DNA of 64,000 nt. It comes from Octopus sinensis. Its lineage: Eukaryota. The translations under genes were made by a program, and so were the position numbers. Below, piece by piece: positions 52,260 through 64,000 of this stretch (its first letter is position 1; the number at the start of each line of letters is the position of its first letter). Location: contig NC_043013.1 in the NCBI RefSeq assembly GCF_006345805.1, positions 59,210,001 through 59,274,000 on the forward strand. The letters run 5' to 3'. The notes below the pieces were generated by a model. It had not been told where the DNA came from. It worked only from the letters and a program-made list of their open reading frames with translations, and made no database searches.

Positions 52260-52800
52260 ACATTCTTGTTTAAGAATAAATAAATTTGTACTCTACAAAA
52301 AGATAGAGGAACCCATCTGATTAATGTTAAGCAACTGACCCCGAATGGGAAGATCTGCAAACAGATCTCTGACTTGTTTTGGAGAATCTGTTGCATTTGC
52401 TTTCTCCAGAGTCATATCCCAATGATGATCATATTTGTCACAAAAATTCCTGTAAAAAGTATCGTCAAAAATCAATCACAATAATGAAAACATAGGAATC
52501 CAAAATTTCAGGATTGCAGGTCTGAAATCAGCCCAGAATGTTTTAAATATTGTTATCGTACAAAAAAAAATTGTCACAAAAAGTCACATAAAAAAATTCA
52601 CTGGAAACAATCACAGTAATGAAAACTTGCAAATCCAATATTTCAGGATTGTGGGGTCTGGATTTGGCCTGGAATGTTCTTAATTTACTAATGGAGTCAG
52701 CTAGATTCCAAAATGATTTGATATGTTGGGCTACGGCCTCTTGGAGTAAAATTGAAAAAGTGTGACACACTGACACACACATTTATTATATTATATTATA
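52260..52800 (-). mobile_element. Helitron Rep/helicase fragment with Helitron-like 5' end
   Basis: HWDMTLEKANATDSPKQVRDLFA resembles a Helitron segment. The (TCT)AATATAATAAATG...GTGTCAGTGTG-type end recurs near 52790, 53735 and 54230. Confidence 0.55.
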
Positions 52801-52814
52801 TTATATTATATTAT

Positions 52815-53450
52815 ATCCCTGGCCTGGTGGTACGTAAAAAGCACTATCCGACTCATGGCCGTGGCACGTAAAATACTCCAATGCGACCGTACGACAGGCA
52901 CCCATGCCAACCTCCTTTGCTTGTGAAGACATGTTGGGGCAAGCGAAATCGAAATCGAAATCGAATTGAACCAGCCAGGATCCCTGGTCTGGTGGTACGT
53001 AAAAAGCACTATCCGACTCGTGGCCGTGGCACGTAAAATACTCCAATGCGACCGTATGACAGGCACCCTTGCCAACCCCCTTTGCTTGTGAAGACATGTT
53101 GGGGCAAGCGAAATCGAAATCGAATTGAACCAGCCAGGATCCCTGGTCTGGTGGTACGTAAAAAGCACTATCCAACTCGTGGCCGATGCCAGCACCGCCC
53201 GTCTGGCTTCCGTGCCGGTGGCACATAAAATACACCAATCTGACCGTGGCCGTTGCCAGCCCCGCCTGGCACCTGTGCAGGTGGCACGTAAAAAGCACCC
53301 ACTACACTCACGGAGTGGTTGGCGTTAGGAAGGGCATCCAGCTGTAGAAACATTGCCAAATTAGACTGGAGCCTGGTGCAGCCTTCTGGCTTCCCAGAAC
53401 CCCGGTCGAACCGTCCAACCCATGCTAGCATGGAGAACGGACGTTAAACG
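52815..53450 (-). repeat. Family C copy with tandemly expanded modules
   Basis: tccctggtctggtggtacgtaaaaagcactatcc recurs at ~52817, 52981 and 53140. Confidence 0.8.
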
Positions 53451-54252
53451 ACGATATCATATTATTATATTATATTAAGGTGGCAAACTGGCAGAATTGT
53501 TAGTGAAATGCTTAGCGGTATTTCGTCTGCTGTCAGGTTTTGAGTTCAAATTCTCCTGAGGCCAACTTTGCCTTTTATCCTTGCAGGGTCGATAAAATTA
53601 GTACCAGTTATGTACTGAGGTCGATGTAATCGACTTAATCCCCTTCCTCAAAATTTGAGGCCTTGTACTTCCAGTAAAATGGATTTATTAAAGTTGTAAA
53701 AGTGTGACACACTGACACACACATTTATTATATTAGATGTTTAATTTTAGGAAAACTTTATTTCATTGAAAGTGTATTTCATAGATATATGTGTGCATGT
53801 GTGTGTATGTATATATATGTGTGTGTGTGTGTATGTGTGTATTAAAGAAAGCAAAAAATAAAACAAAAATGATAGTGTTCAGTATGTTGGCGATAGGAAT
53901 ATCTGTCAAAGAGACATGGTTAAACAAAATTGTACATCATCTCCCTCTTTCTCTCTCTTTTATTATTACTCCCACTGTCACCATCAACACTGCTACTTTT
54001 AATAAAACATCAACTCTCCCTAAATTTCTTTGTCTCTCTTCTCTCCTTCTCTTTTTCTTTATCTCTCTCTATCTCTCTCTCTGTCTTCACCACCACCCTC
54101 ACTGTCTCTATGCCTACTATTACTCTCACCCCATCATGAGGAATAGTAGAAGTGTCATTGAATGATGAGGGAGGCGGTCTAAATGTGGGCACACTGACAC
54201 ACAGAAACTAGTTTACGCATTTATTATATTAGATAATATATATATATATATT

Positions 54253-54304
<52 letters not shown>

Positions 54305-54347
54305 AAGAGAGGAGATAGATAGATAGATAGATAGATACATACATACA

Positions 54348-54379
<32 letters not shown>

Positions 54380-54717
54380 CATATATACATACATATACAT
54401 ATATATACATATATATATATATATACAATGGCAAGTGGGCCCCTGCACCATTAGAATCCATATATGGGAGCCCATGTTAGTATTTAAGGGGCCCAACCCC
54501 TCAAGTTTGAGAATTTATTATTCACTCCTGGAAGAATGCATTATATCAGCCTGGCTGTGTTTGTAGACAGTTGAAAAGAATACTTTTAACAGAAACAAAA
54601 AAATTAAATAATGGTATTGTAGTTGCAGGTTGTGAGTGGGCCCCCTTAGTCTCCTGGCAACCAATATTTTTAGACCCAGTCAGCCACTATATATATATAT
54701 ATAGTTTAATGCTCGGG

Positions 54718-54751
<34 letters not shown>

Positions 54752-54914
54752 ACACACACACACACATATAGAGAGGGGATGTTTTTTTTAATAATTACAT
54801 GGAAGGGAAATAGTGCATGAAAGAAATTAAAAGAAAGTGAAGAAAAAGTCAGTAAAATAAATAAATATAAATATAAATATAAAGGTTATTAATTCTTTAA
54901 CTGACTGTCACTAC

Positions 54915-54940
54915 CAGCAGCAGCAGCAGTTGTGGTGGTG

Positions 54941-54989
<49 letters not shown>

Positions 54990-55205
54990 CAGCAGAAGTA
55001 GTAGTAGTAGTACTGGTGGTGGTGGTGGTGGTGGTGGTGGTGGTAGTAGTAGTAGTGTTGGAGGTGGCTATCATCCTCGTGGTGGTAGTGGTGATGGTGG
55101 CAATGATGGAAAATAGTTATGGGAAAGGGCATGGTGGTGGTACTGGTGGTGATGAGAATGGTGTCAGCGGTTTTAGTGGTGGTGGTGGTGGTGGTGGTAG
55201 TGGTA
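54915..55205. repeat. (GGT)n/(AGT)n compound microsatellite
   Basis: Direct inspection. Confidence 0.9.
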
Positions 55206-56081
55206 GAAATTGTGATGGCATTAGCATAAACAAACATCAAAATTTGTTCCAATGTGCCGTGGTGTTACCCTACAAAAACTTAACATTTAGGAAGAGGGGG
55301 GAAACAACCAGTTCAAATGACTGTCCCTCTTTTCTTCACAGATTATTTATTTTATCCCCACCCCACCCTTGAAGGATGGAAAGTAAAGTCGACCAAGGCA
55401 GGATTTGAACTCAGAACAAATTTACCCCACTAAATACTGTAAGACATTTGGCTGTGACTCTCCTGATTTTACCTATCCACTGTCTTCAATTGTGCAATAA
55501 TTAACACAGACTTGCTATTATTATTCATGAATGTTAACAAAACTGGTTTTTCTTCTCAGCTTTACTTTCTTTTCCATGCAGAAAAACATTGCGTATATAT
55601 GTACATGTGTGTGTGTGTGTGTGCGCGTGTGCGTGTGTGTGTAGGGTGTCCACCAAAAAATGTAAATCCATGTTGATTGCTTTTGAAGTCAGGGTTTATT
55701 AAAATTCATTTTTTGCTTTCAAAATTGAATAGAATACACAAAAAGGATTTAATATTTCTATAAATGCCTGTTTTCAAACTATTGACTATTTTTGTACACC
55801 TATTGCTGATAATGTGAAGTAATGGAATCATAAAAATTTCATTAGGTACTTGTGTTCATGGTTTTCCAATGGTTGCCCTGAATTCATTGATTGTTGCTGG
55901 TTTTGGACAGCAAAATTTATCATTTAAGTATCTTCATATAAAAAGATCTGGTGGAGTGAGGTTCAGAGAGCACAGATTATTTTACGCCTTATTACATCTC
56001 CATTATCATATTTCTCCCTGCTCCCCCCCCACTCTCTCTCTCTCTGTTTCATGTACAGATGTATATACACATATATACATG

Positions 56082-56114
<33 letters not shown>

Positions 56115-56304
56115 GAAGGGCATCCAGCTGTAGAAACATTGCCAGATTAGACTGGAGCCTGGTGCAGCCTTCTGGCTTCCCAGATCCCCGGTCGAACCGT
56201 CCAACCCATGCTAGCATGGAGAACGGACGTTAAACGATGATGATGATGATGATGATGATATATATATATATATATATATATACATACATATATATATGTA
56301 TATA

Positions 56305-57275
56305 TAGGAATACGAAAAATGGGACAAGGACACAAAACATCCAGACAGCTAGATGATACAAAAAAGAGACAACAAAATATCCAGATAGATGATACAAAAG
56401 AGGGACAAGAGAAAACATGGATGGGTCATTTGAAGTTTTCTTTCCTCAGGTGAGTTCTAGATTATTTTTGCAATTTCAGTTGGTTATACTCAAGATTGCT
56501 CCAATCTGGCCAGCCCCAAGGTAAAACTAAGCTAAGAGTATTAGATTTCTTGGAAGAAAGCAGCGAATGTATATGAAAACAAGGATGGAAGAAAAAATGG
56601 AGAAATGGTACACAAATACAAATGCAAATAACAGGACATAACAACAGGTGTCTTTCGACTAAGGATGAATTAAATTAAACTGGCATGTGTGAAAGTGAAA
56701 CCTTACTGCAGGGACATAAGAGATGACAGGCATTGGGAGGAATATAGATGATGCATGGATGGTAGTCGAACAAAGAAAGAAAGGTCAGGCTTGGCCAAAC
56801 ACTGGTCACGTGGAGAGAAAGAAGAGAGGTAGAGGCAGAGGGATAGAAGAACTAGGGAGAGAGTGAAGTGAAAGAGGAAGAAGGAAGATGAGAATGAAGA
56901 GAAAGCCAAGAAATGTGAGAGAGGAAGAATGAAAGAAAGAAGAGTGGAAAGAACAAAGTAAGTGTGAAGGGACTGATAGACAGAAAGAATGAAAGAATAA
57001 GAGAGTCATACAAAATTTATATATATATATGAGACCAAAGTGTACGTATGCTGCCATATATATATAAAAAGGAATGCAAAAAATGGGACAAGGACGCAAA
57101 ACATCCTGATAGCTAGATAATACAAAAAAGTGACAACAAAATATCCAGACAGATGATACAAAAGAGAGACAAGAAAAAACACGGATGAGACATTTGAAGT
57201 TTTCTTTCCTCAGTCGAGTTCCAGATTATCTTTGCAATTTTGGGTGGTTATACTTGAGATTGCTCCAATCTAGTC
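56305..57275. repeat. Locally duplicated repeat (56305-56520 and 57065-57270)
   Basis: gggacaaggac.caaaacatcc...gatgatacaaaa...tgaagttttctttcctcag occurs twice in direct orientation. Confidence 0.7.
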
Positions 57276-57536
57276 ATAAATATATATATATATACATTAT
57301 ATATATATATCACCATGATCAGCATGACCAACCAGGCTATCAGATGTTGCTACACATTGCTGGTCACAATGCACTTTGCATTGTTTTAGCCTTCAAATGA
57401 CACCACCCCTGCTAGCTAAGCAAGCAGGCCAACAGAAGAAAGAGAGAGAGAAAGTTGTGGCAAAAGAGTACAGCAGGGATCGCCACCACTCCCTGCCGAA
57501 GCCTTCGCTGCCCTAACCACTGGACCATTGTGCCTC

Positions 57537-57575
<39 letters not shown>

Positions 57576-57882
57576 CCGTGACCGACCAGGTTATCAGATG
57601 TTGTTACACATCACTGGTCACAATGCGCCTCGCATGTTTTTAGCCTTCAAATGGACACCACCTCGCTAGCTAATAAGCAGGCCAACAGAAGAAAGCAGAA
57701 AGAGAGAGAATTGAGAGAAAGTTGTGGCGAAGTATACATCAGGGATCGGCCACCACCACCCTGCCGGAAGCCCGTGGAGCTTTAGGTGTTTTGCTCAATA
57801 CACACTAACAAACCTCGGTCTGGAATGAAACCGTGATCCTACAACCTCGAGTCTGCTGCCCTAACCAGGGCCATTGTGCCTC

Positions 57883-57917
<35 letters not shown>

Positions 57918-57993
57918 GTATAATATACATATATCCATATACATTACATACATATTATATTACAATATATATACATATATATAAACATATATA

Positions 57994-58053
<60 letters not shown>

Positions 58054-58277
58054 ATATAGGTGCAATATGGCTGCACATTAAGATATGTTCCCTTCCCAAC
58101 TGCATGGTTCCAGGTTCAGTCACACGCATGGCATCTTGGTCTGTTACCTTCTACTATAGCCTAGGGCCAACCAAAGCCTTGTGAGTGGATTTGGTAGATG
58201 GGAAACGGAAATCTACCTGTGTGTATGTGTGTGGGGTGTGAATGTTTACATGTTCATGCCCCCTTGTTTGACCATGT

Positions 58278-58420
58278 GTGATAGGTTATCCATTTCATCA
58301 GGAGACAAAGATGAAAGAAGCAATGATGTTTATTCTTGAAACAGCTGTTGTAAACGCCTGGCTCATGCAAAATTTATGCTTTTCTTCAGTTTCACTACTC
58401 CAAAATGTTAATTCAAAATA
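58278..58420 (+). mobile_element. Possible piggyBac transposase fragment
   Basis: FILETAVVNAWLM resembles the piggyBac LD.AVVNAW motif. Confidence 0.4.
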
Positions 58421-58730
58421 TCACGTGTGTTTATGTGCATACACACACACAATATATATATATATATGTTATATAAACACACAAATATGTTACTTCAAAA
58501 TATCACATGTGTTTATGTGCATACACACACACATACATATATATAGATATGTATATATAAACACACAAAATGTTACTTCAAAATCACGTGTGTTTATGTG
58601 CATACACCACACATATATATATATATATATGTATTATAAACACACAAATATGTTACTTCAAAATATCACGTGTGTTTATGTGCATACACACACATATATA
58701 TATATATGTATATATAAACACACACACACA
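58405..58730. repeat. ~83-bp minisatellite, about 4 units
   Basis: tgttacttcaaaatatcacgtgtgtttatgtgcatacac recurs at ~58405, 58488, 58571 and 58651. Confidence 0.85.
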
Positions 58731-59181
58731 GAAGAAAGTAACATTAATTTGCCAGGTCATTCAATATTTCTCTACCGATTTATGGGCCAGTTGAATAAAC
58801 CAATAAATAATCAACTTATAACGACTACTGGAAACAGCTGTAAGTCAAATGTATTGGTAAAGTAATACGCAATGACCATTGTTTATGTTTTGTCTTATAT
58901 ATCACTCTGTAAAAAAAAAACAGTATAACTGGAATACACCTATGGATCTACTGTATAGAACGATGATGAACTATCAACTTGAACTTTATCACAAGAATAC
59001 TCAGAGTTCTTTGCTAATCTAAACAATATTGTTATTTTGATGTACTAATAGAGAGCTTATAAGGTATTTTGTCCAGATTGATAATCTCTCACTAGTAACT
59101 TGGGTTTCTATGTATGTATGTATGTATGTATGTATGTATATGTGTGTGGTGTATATATAATACATATATATATGATACATG

Positions 59182-59222
<41 letters not shown>

Positions 59223-59241
59223 TATCTATATATATATATAG

Positions 59242-59274
<33 letters not shown>

Positions 59275-59461
59275 TAACACACATATATATACATCATCAT
59301 CATCATCATCGTTTAATGTCCGTTTTCCATGCTGGCATGGGTTGGACGGTTCGACCAGGGTCTTGGAAGCCAGGAGGCTGCACCAGGCTCCAGTCTGATC
59401 TGGCATTGTTTCTACAGCTGGATGCCCTTCCTATATATATACATATACATATATATATCAC

Positions 59462-59945
59462 ATGGAAAAATGCAAGCATGAAAAGTAATATTCTTAAGAT
59501 TATAAACCTGGAAAAGTACAGGACAAGTTATTACACCTGGAAAAGTATAGGACAAGCTATTACTTCTCGTAAACTAGAGAATAAGGAACTATTTACTTAA
59601 AATATTGCAGCAAAGAATCACTCTTTATATTTCTCATCTTTTAAATTTATTGTACAAAACTGTTTAGTTAATTTGTAAGTTTGTCTAATTAGTCTTTTTT
59701 TCTGTATTTAAGGTAGTAAATTAGCCAAATTCTACTTAAATAAGTATAGTGTTATTTGTAAACTGTAATAAAATAATTTTTAATATTCAAATTTTAATTT
59801 TAGCTGCAATATTTTAAGTAAAAAGTTTCTTTTTCTCTACTAGAAATTATAGTTTGTCCTATACTTTTACAGGTGTAATAACTTGTCCTGTACTTTTCCA
59901 GGTTTATAATCATAAGAATATTACTTTTCATGCTTGCATTTTTCA
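59462..59945. mobile_element. AT-rich fold-back/MITE with ~120-bp inverted arms
   Basis: 59462-59585 is the reverse complement of 59830-59945. Confidence 0.7.
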
Positions 59946-60974
59946 TATAATCCATGATTTTTCCAGACATTGCTATTATAAGATAATTAATAATGTATTA
60001 ATTAATAATTTAAGATTTTACCTTATAAAATACTGAAAGATAATATTTCAATTTTTCCATGTAAGTGATGATAATATTTCAATTTTTTTCGTGTTTAATT
60101 TAAATATATGTTGTGATTGAATTATTTGATGTTACTCAGCCACACCAAATTAATGGCAGGGATTCTTGCCACCTTGCAGGTTGCACCATAGCTCACTAAA
60201 GTTACAAACAACAAGACACCAAAACCATCATTCACCAGGCTCCCATTAAGTAGCCTAGATTTTGAGTAGGTGATAATAGCACTGACTGCTGCTAATCTAG
60301 ATCTATCAATAATTATTCAATACAACAGTAATTATAAAAGCATATCAGATATACACAAGTTAAAATTACCTACAGCCCATTAATATAAATTTGATTTATG
60401 AAAAATCCTTTTAATTAATTTTGAAATTTAGAAAGTAAATTTAAAATATAAGCAATTTTAACCAATGCCTTTTCTGGACAGCCTAGCTACATACCTTCAG
60501 GTCTGCCCATAGAGACAGTGAAAAATGACTATATTCCTGTCCCAATAAATTTAGATGCATATATCTGAAGTATATAATACATCAACGAACTAGCCTGATT
60601 AAATAATTAACTAAAAAGAAAAGGAAAGCAAAAAAAGCAGAAAACAAGTTAATTAAAGCTGAAAGAGAAAATTAATAATAAAAGTTAAACTTTACCTAAT
60701 TCGACAGCATATTAAAAATAACTTTATTAAACATTTAATTACAAAAATAAAATATACGAAAGGCAAAGTCAACCTCTGCAGAATTTGAACTCAAAACATA
60801 ATGACAGTCAAAATACCACAAACCATTTTGGCTGGCACACTAACATTTCTGCTGGCTCACCACCCTAGAATGTAAGCATTCATTTTAGAAATATATTCTT
60901 AAAATTATTGCTTGGGTTGTTACTCCCTTACTTACTTCCTGACTTACTAAATTAGCATTTACTCTTTTACTCTC

Positions 60975-61355
60975 TTTTACTCTTTTACTTGTTTCAGTCA
61001 TTTGACTGCGGCCATGCTGGAGCCTTTAATTGAGCAACTCGACCCCGGGACTTATTCTTTTGTAAGCCCAATACTTATTCTATCGGTCCCTTTTGCCGAA
61101 CCGCTAACTAACGGGGACATAAACACACCAGCATCGGTTGTCAAGCACAGACACACAAACACACACACGCATATATATATATATATACATATATACGACG
61201 GGCTTCTTTCAGTTTCCGTCTACCAAATCCACTCACAAGGCATTGGTCGGCCCGAGGCTATAGTAGATGACACTTGCCCAAGGTGCCACACAGTGGGACT
61301 GAACCCAGAACCATGTGGTTGGTAAACAAGCTACTTACCACACAGCCACTCCTGA
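60975..61355 (-). mobile_element. SINE family A
   Basis: Reverse copy. Confidence 0.85.
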
Positions 61356-61725
61356 CACATTATCTCGTAAATTTTTTCTACTAATTTTTGTTATATATGA
61401 CTAATGATTCTGAATTCCTCGTGCATATTTCTATCATTTAAGCCTAAGAAAAGTATACTTTTATTTTAAAATTAATACGTTTATGTTAATTGAAAATGAA
61501 TACCCGCCTTACTACCCACCTTGAGGTCTGACATATTTTGATGTAACTTTTTTTTTTCTATTGAACCAAATCTCAAACTATTTATGCCAAAGTGTGGCTG
61601 AGAAGGTGTCCTCTTTAAAACTGTTAACAGTTTGCAATTTAGCTGAGGGAACTGAATTAGTGGTGAAGCTTGGAATCTGCTGTGATTCTCAAAATGGTAG
61701 ACATTCAACCACTACCGTGGTTGAA

Positions 61726-61777
<52 letters not shown>

Positions 61778-61779
<2 letters not shown>

Positions 61780-61913
61780 TTTATAAGTAAGGGCAAAAGA
61801 CATAACGTCAATAACCATGTAAGACGTTATGTCTTACATGGTTTTTGATGTTATGTCTTTTTTCGGCATATTTTGGTATTAGAAATTATTTCTTTTGCCC
61901 TTACTTATAAATT
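61778..61913. mobile_element. Short MITE with 23-bp TIR and internal hairpin
   Basis: aatttataagtaagggcaaaaga / tcttttgcccttacttataaatt; internal hairpin at 61796-61862. Confidence 0.7.
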
Positions 61914-63671
61914 GTTTATAAATTTAACCTTTAAAGGTATTTTTTAATATGCTGGCCATTGAAAGAATTTTTTTTTTATTTTATCCTACATTAGATATAT
62001 ATATATATATAACAAAGTGAAGTTGTAAGGTACCGCACAAGTGGAAATATATATGAAAGAAGGTTTGAAAATGCAATTTTAAAGACATTTATTCACCTGA
62101 CTGGTTTCACTTTTTTAGAAAATGATTGTCAAATGTAAAATGTAAAGCTTTGTATAAGTTTTGTTGTGTTAAATACTGGTTATCACACAAGTATTAAAAT
62201 ACAGTTATACATTCTTTGATATTCTTATTATTATCAAAGAATGTATATATGCAGCAAGCTGGCAGAAACAATAGCACGCCGGGCAAAATGCTTAGCGGTA
62301 TTTCATCTGCTGCTATGTTCTGAGTTCAAATTCTGCCGAGGTCAACTTTGCCTTTCATCCTTTCGGGGTTGATTAGATAAGTACTAGTTATCGACTTAAT
62401 CTGTTTGTCTGTCCTTGTTTGTCCCCTCTATGTTTAGCTCCTTGTGGGCAATAAAGAAATAAGAATGTATATATGTATTTTAATACTTTCACTATTTTTC
62501 CTGTGACATGTTTTTCCATGGCTTTTTCCCTCCGATTTTATTTCCCTCCACTTAATGAGGTAGGTCGTGTGTGGTTACTTAGTCTGCAAGAAATAGCAGG
62601 TCAATTTTCTTCAGGTCACACCTTGAAATTGTAGTGATTTTTCGCATCACTGGTCTTCCATTGTTTGTTCTTTTCATTAACAACAGCCATGTGTATGTGT
62701 GTGTGTGTGTGGTGTGTGTGTGTGTGGTGTGTGTGTGTGTGTATTTCACACGTGTGCATGCGTGTGTGCATGTGTGCATGCATGCGTGCATATGTGTGTG
62801 TGTTTCTGTATGTGTGTGTGTGTGTGTGTGTGTTTATCTACCTAATGCACTGAAAACTGTGTATTCTGTTTCTCTGATCTAATTACCTGTAATCCCTCTC
62901 CACTTTTGATTTACTACACACATACAAAGGTATCTAGTAACAATGTCATATATAAGAAAAGTCATAGGAAAACTTCAAAAAATACTCCTTGAAAGAACTA
63001 CAAGTCATATATTAAAAGTTGAAAAAGCTTCTTCAATTGTTTTGCTGTACAAATGTGTAATGCTTCCTCTCTTTAGGTTTCACCATATCAAGTCCATTAT
63101 ATATCATAAATGAGGTTTAAGAATTTCCATCCTAAAACCAGGGTGCCATGTAAAAAGCATTGGTTGGGGTGCTGGTGTCACTTAAAAAAAAAACATTGGT
63201 GATGGTGCTACATGAAAAGCATCCAGTACATAAAAAGTTGGGTTGACATTATGAAGGGCATCCAGTTTTAAAATCCAAGCCAAAACAGGCTACGGAACCT
63301 GGTGCAGCCCTTTGCCTTACCAGTTACTATCAAGCCATCCAACTCATACCAACATGGCAAACAGACAGTTGATGATGATGATGTTGATGATGGTGGTGGT
63401 GGTGGTGGTGGTGGTGGTGGTGGTGGTGGTGGTGGTGGTGGTGGTAGTGGTGGTGGTGATGATTGTTTAGACCAACTTTCCCTGCAATTCTCTATTAAGA
63501 GGTTATCCTCCCCCCAACAGGGCCTCCTTACTACATACAGATGAAAGAATTCCTTATTTTAGGGAATGTATCATTTTATATAATAAAATTAAAGATATTT
63601 CATAGAGGTGCAAGCAGAACAGTAAGAATCCAATCAACACATCTTGTCATTCTTAATATATTATCACAGAG

Positions 63672-64000
63672 GTGTAGGAGTGGCTGTGTGGTAAGTAGCT
63701 TGCTTACCAACCACATGGTTCCGGGTTCAGTCCCACTGCATGGCACCTTGGGCAAATGTCTTCTACTATAGCCTTGGGCCGACCAAAGCCCTGTGAGTGG
63801 ATTTGGTAGACAGAAACTGAAAGAAGCCCATCGTATATATGCGTGTATATATATATATATATATATATGTGTATGTGTATATGTTTGTGTATCTGTGTTC
63901 CCCCACCTAACATCGCTTGACAACTGATGCTGGTGTGTTTATGTCTCCATAACTTAATGGTTGAGCAAAAGAGACCGATAGACTAAGTACTAGGCTTACA
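63672..64000 (+). mobile_element. SINE family A, truncated by window edge
   Basis: Same head and body. Confidence 0.85.

Noticed and set aside
52815-53300. CRISPR-like repeat/spacer appearance (also 58405-58730)
   Set aside because: Eukaryotic context, the intervening sequences are themselves repeated, and there are no cas genes.
54889-55372. Poly-V/T/G/H ORFs
   Set aside because: Trinucleotide microsatellite artefacts.
57190-57230. CUGAGGA-AAG(AAAA)CUU-CAAA motif on minus
   Set aside because: GAAA is absent and the stems are too weak to call.

Overview
AT-rich, microsatellite- and SINE-dense eukaryotic DNA. The repeat families look like those of an octopus genome (my recognition, not verified). 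One protein-coding gene spans most of the window on the minus strand: an SLC7 light-chain amino-acid transporter most similar to b(0,+)AT/SLC7A9. I traced ten coding exons by hand from the ATG at 39222 to 343; the C-terminal exons lie off the left edge. Nine of the ten exons join in frame through GT-AG introns. The exon 6/7 junction is out of phase at the canonical donor and is rescued only by a donor 10 nt further on. The rest is mobile DNA: tRNA-derived SINEs, CR1/L2, RTE and CRE-like LINE fragments, mariner, hAT and piggyBac derivatives, a Helitron fragment, and a 5'-truncated Penelope-like element (RT + GIY-YIG) with ~780-bp inverted arms. The most striking unexplained structure is a cluster of about 14 type I hammerhead-ribozyme (HHR) motifs from several sequence families. 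Most sit as outward-facing pairs on the arms of fold-back elements (10.8-11.6, 13.4-15.2, 26.7-27.0, 28.8-29.2 and 41.7-44.6 kb). Several therefore lie in the sense strand of the transporter's introns together with long potential dsRNA hairpins. All folds and alignments were done by eye; no activity or database result is claimed.
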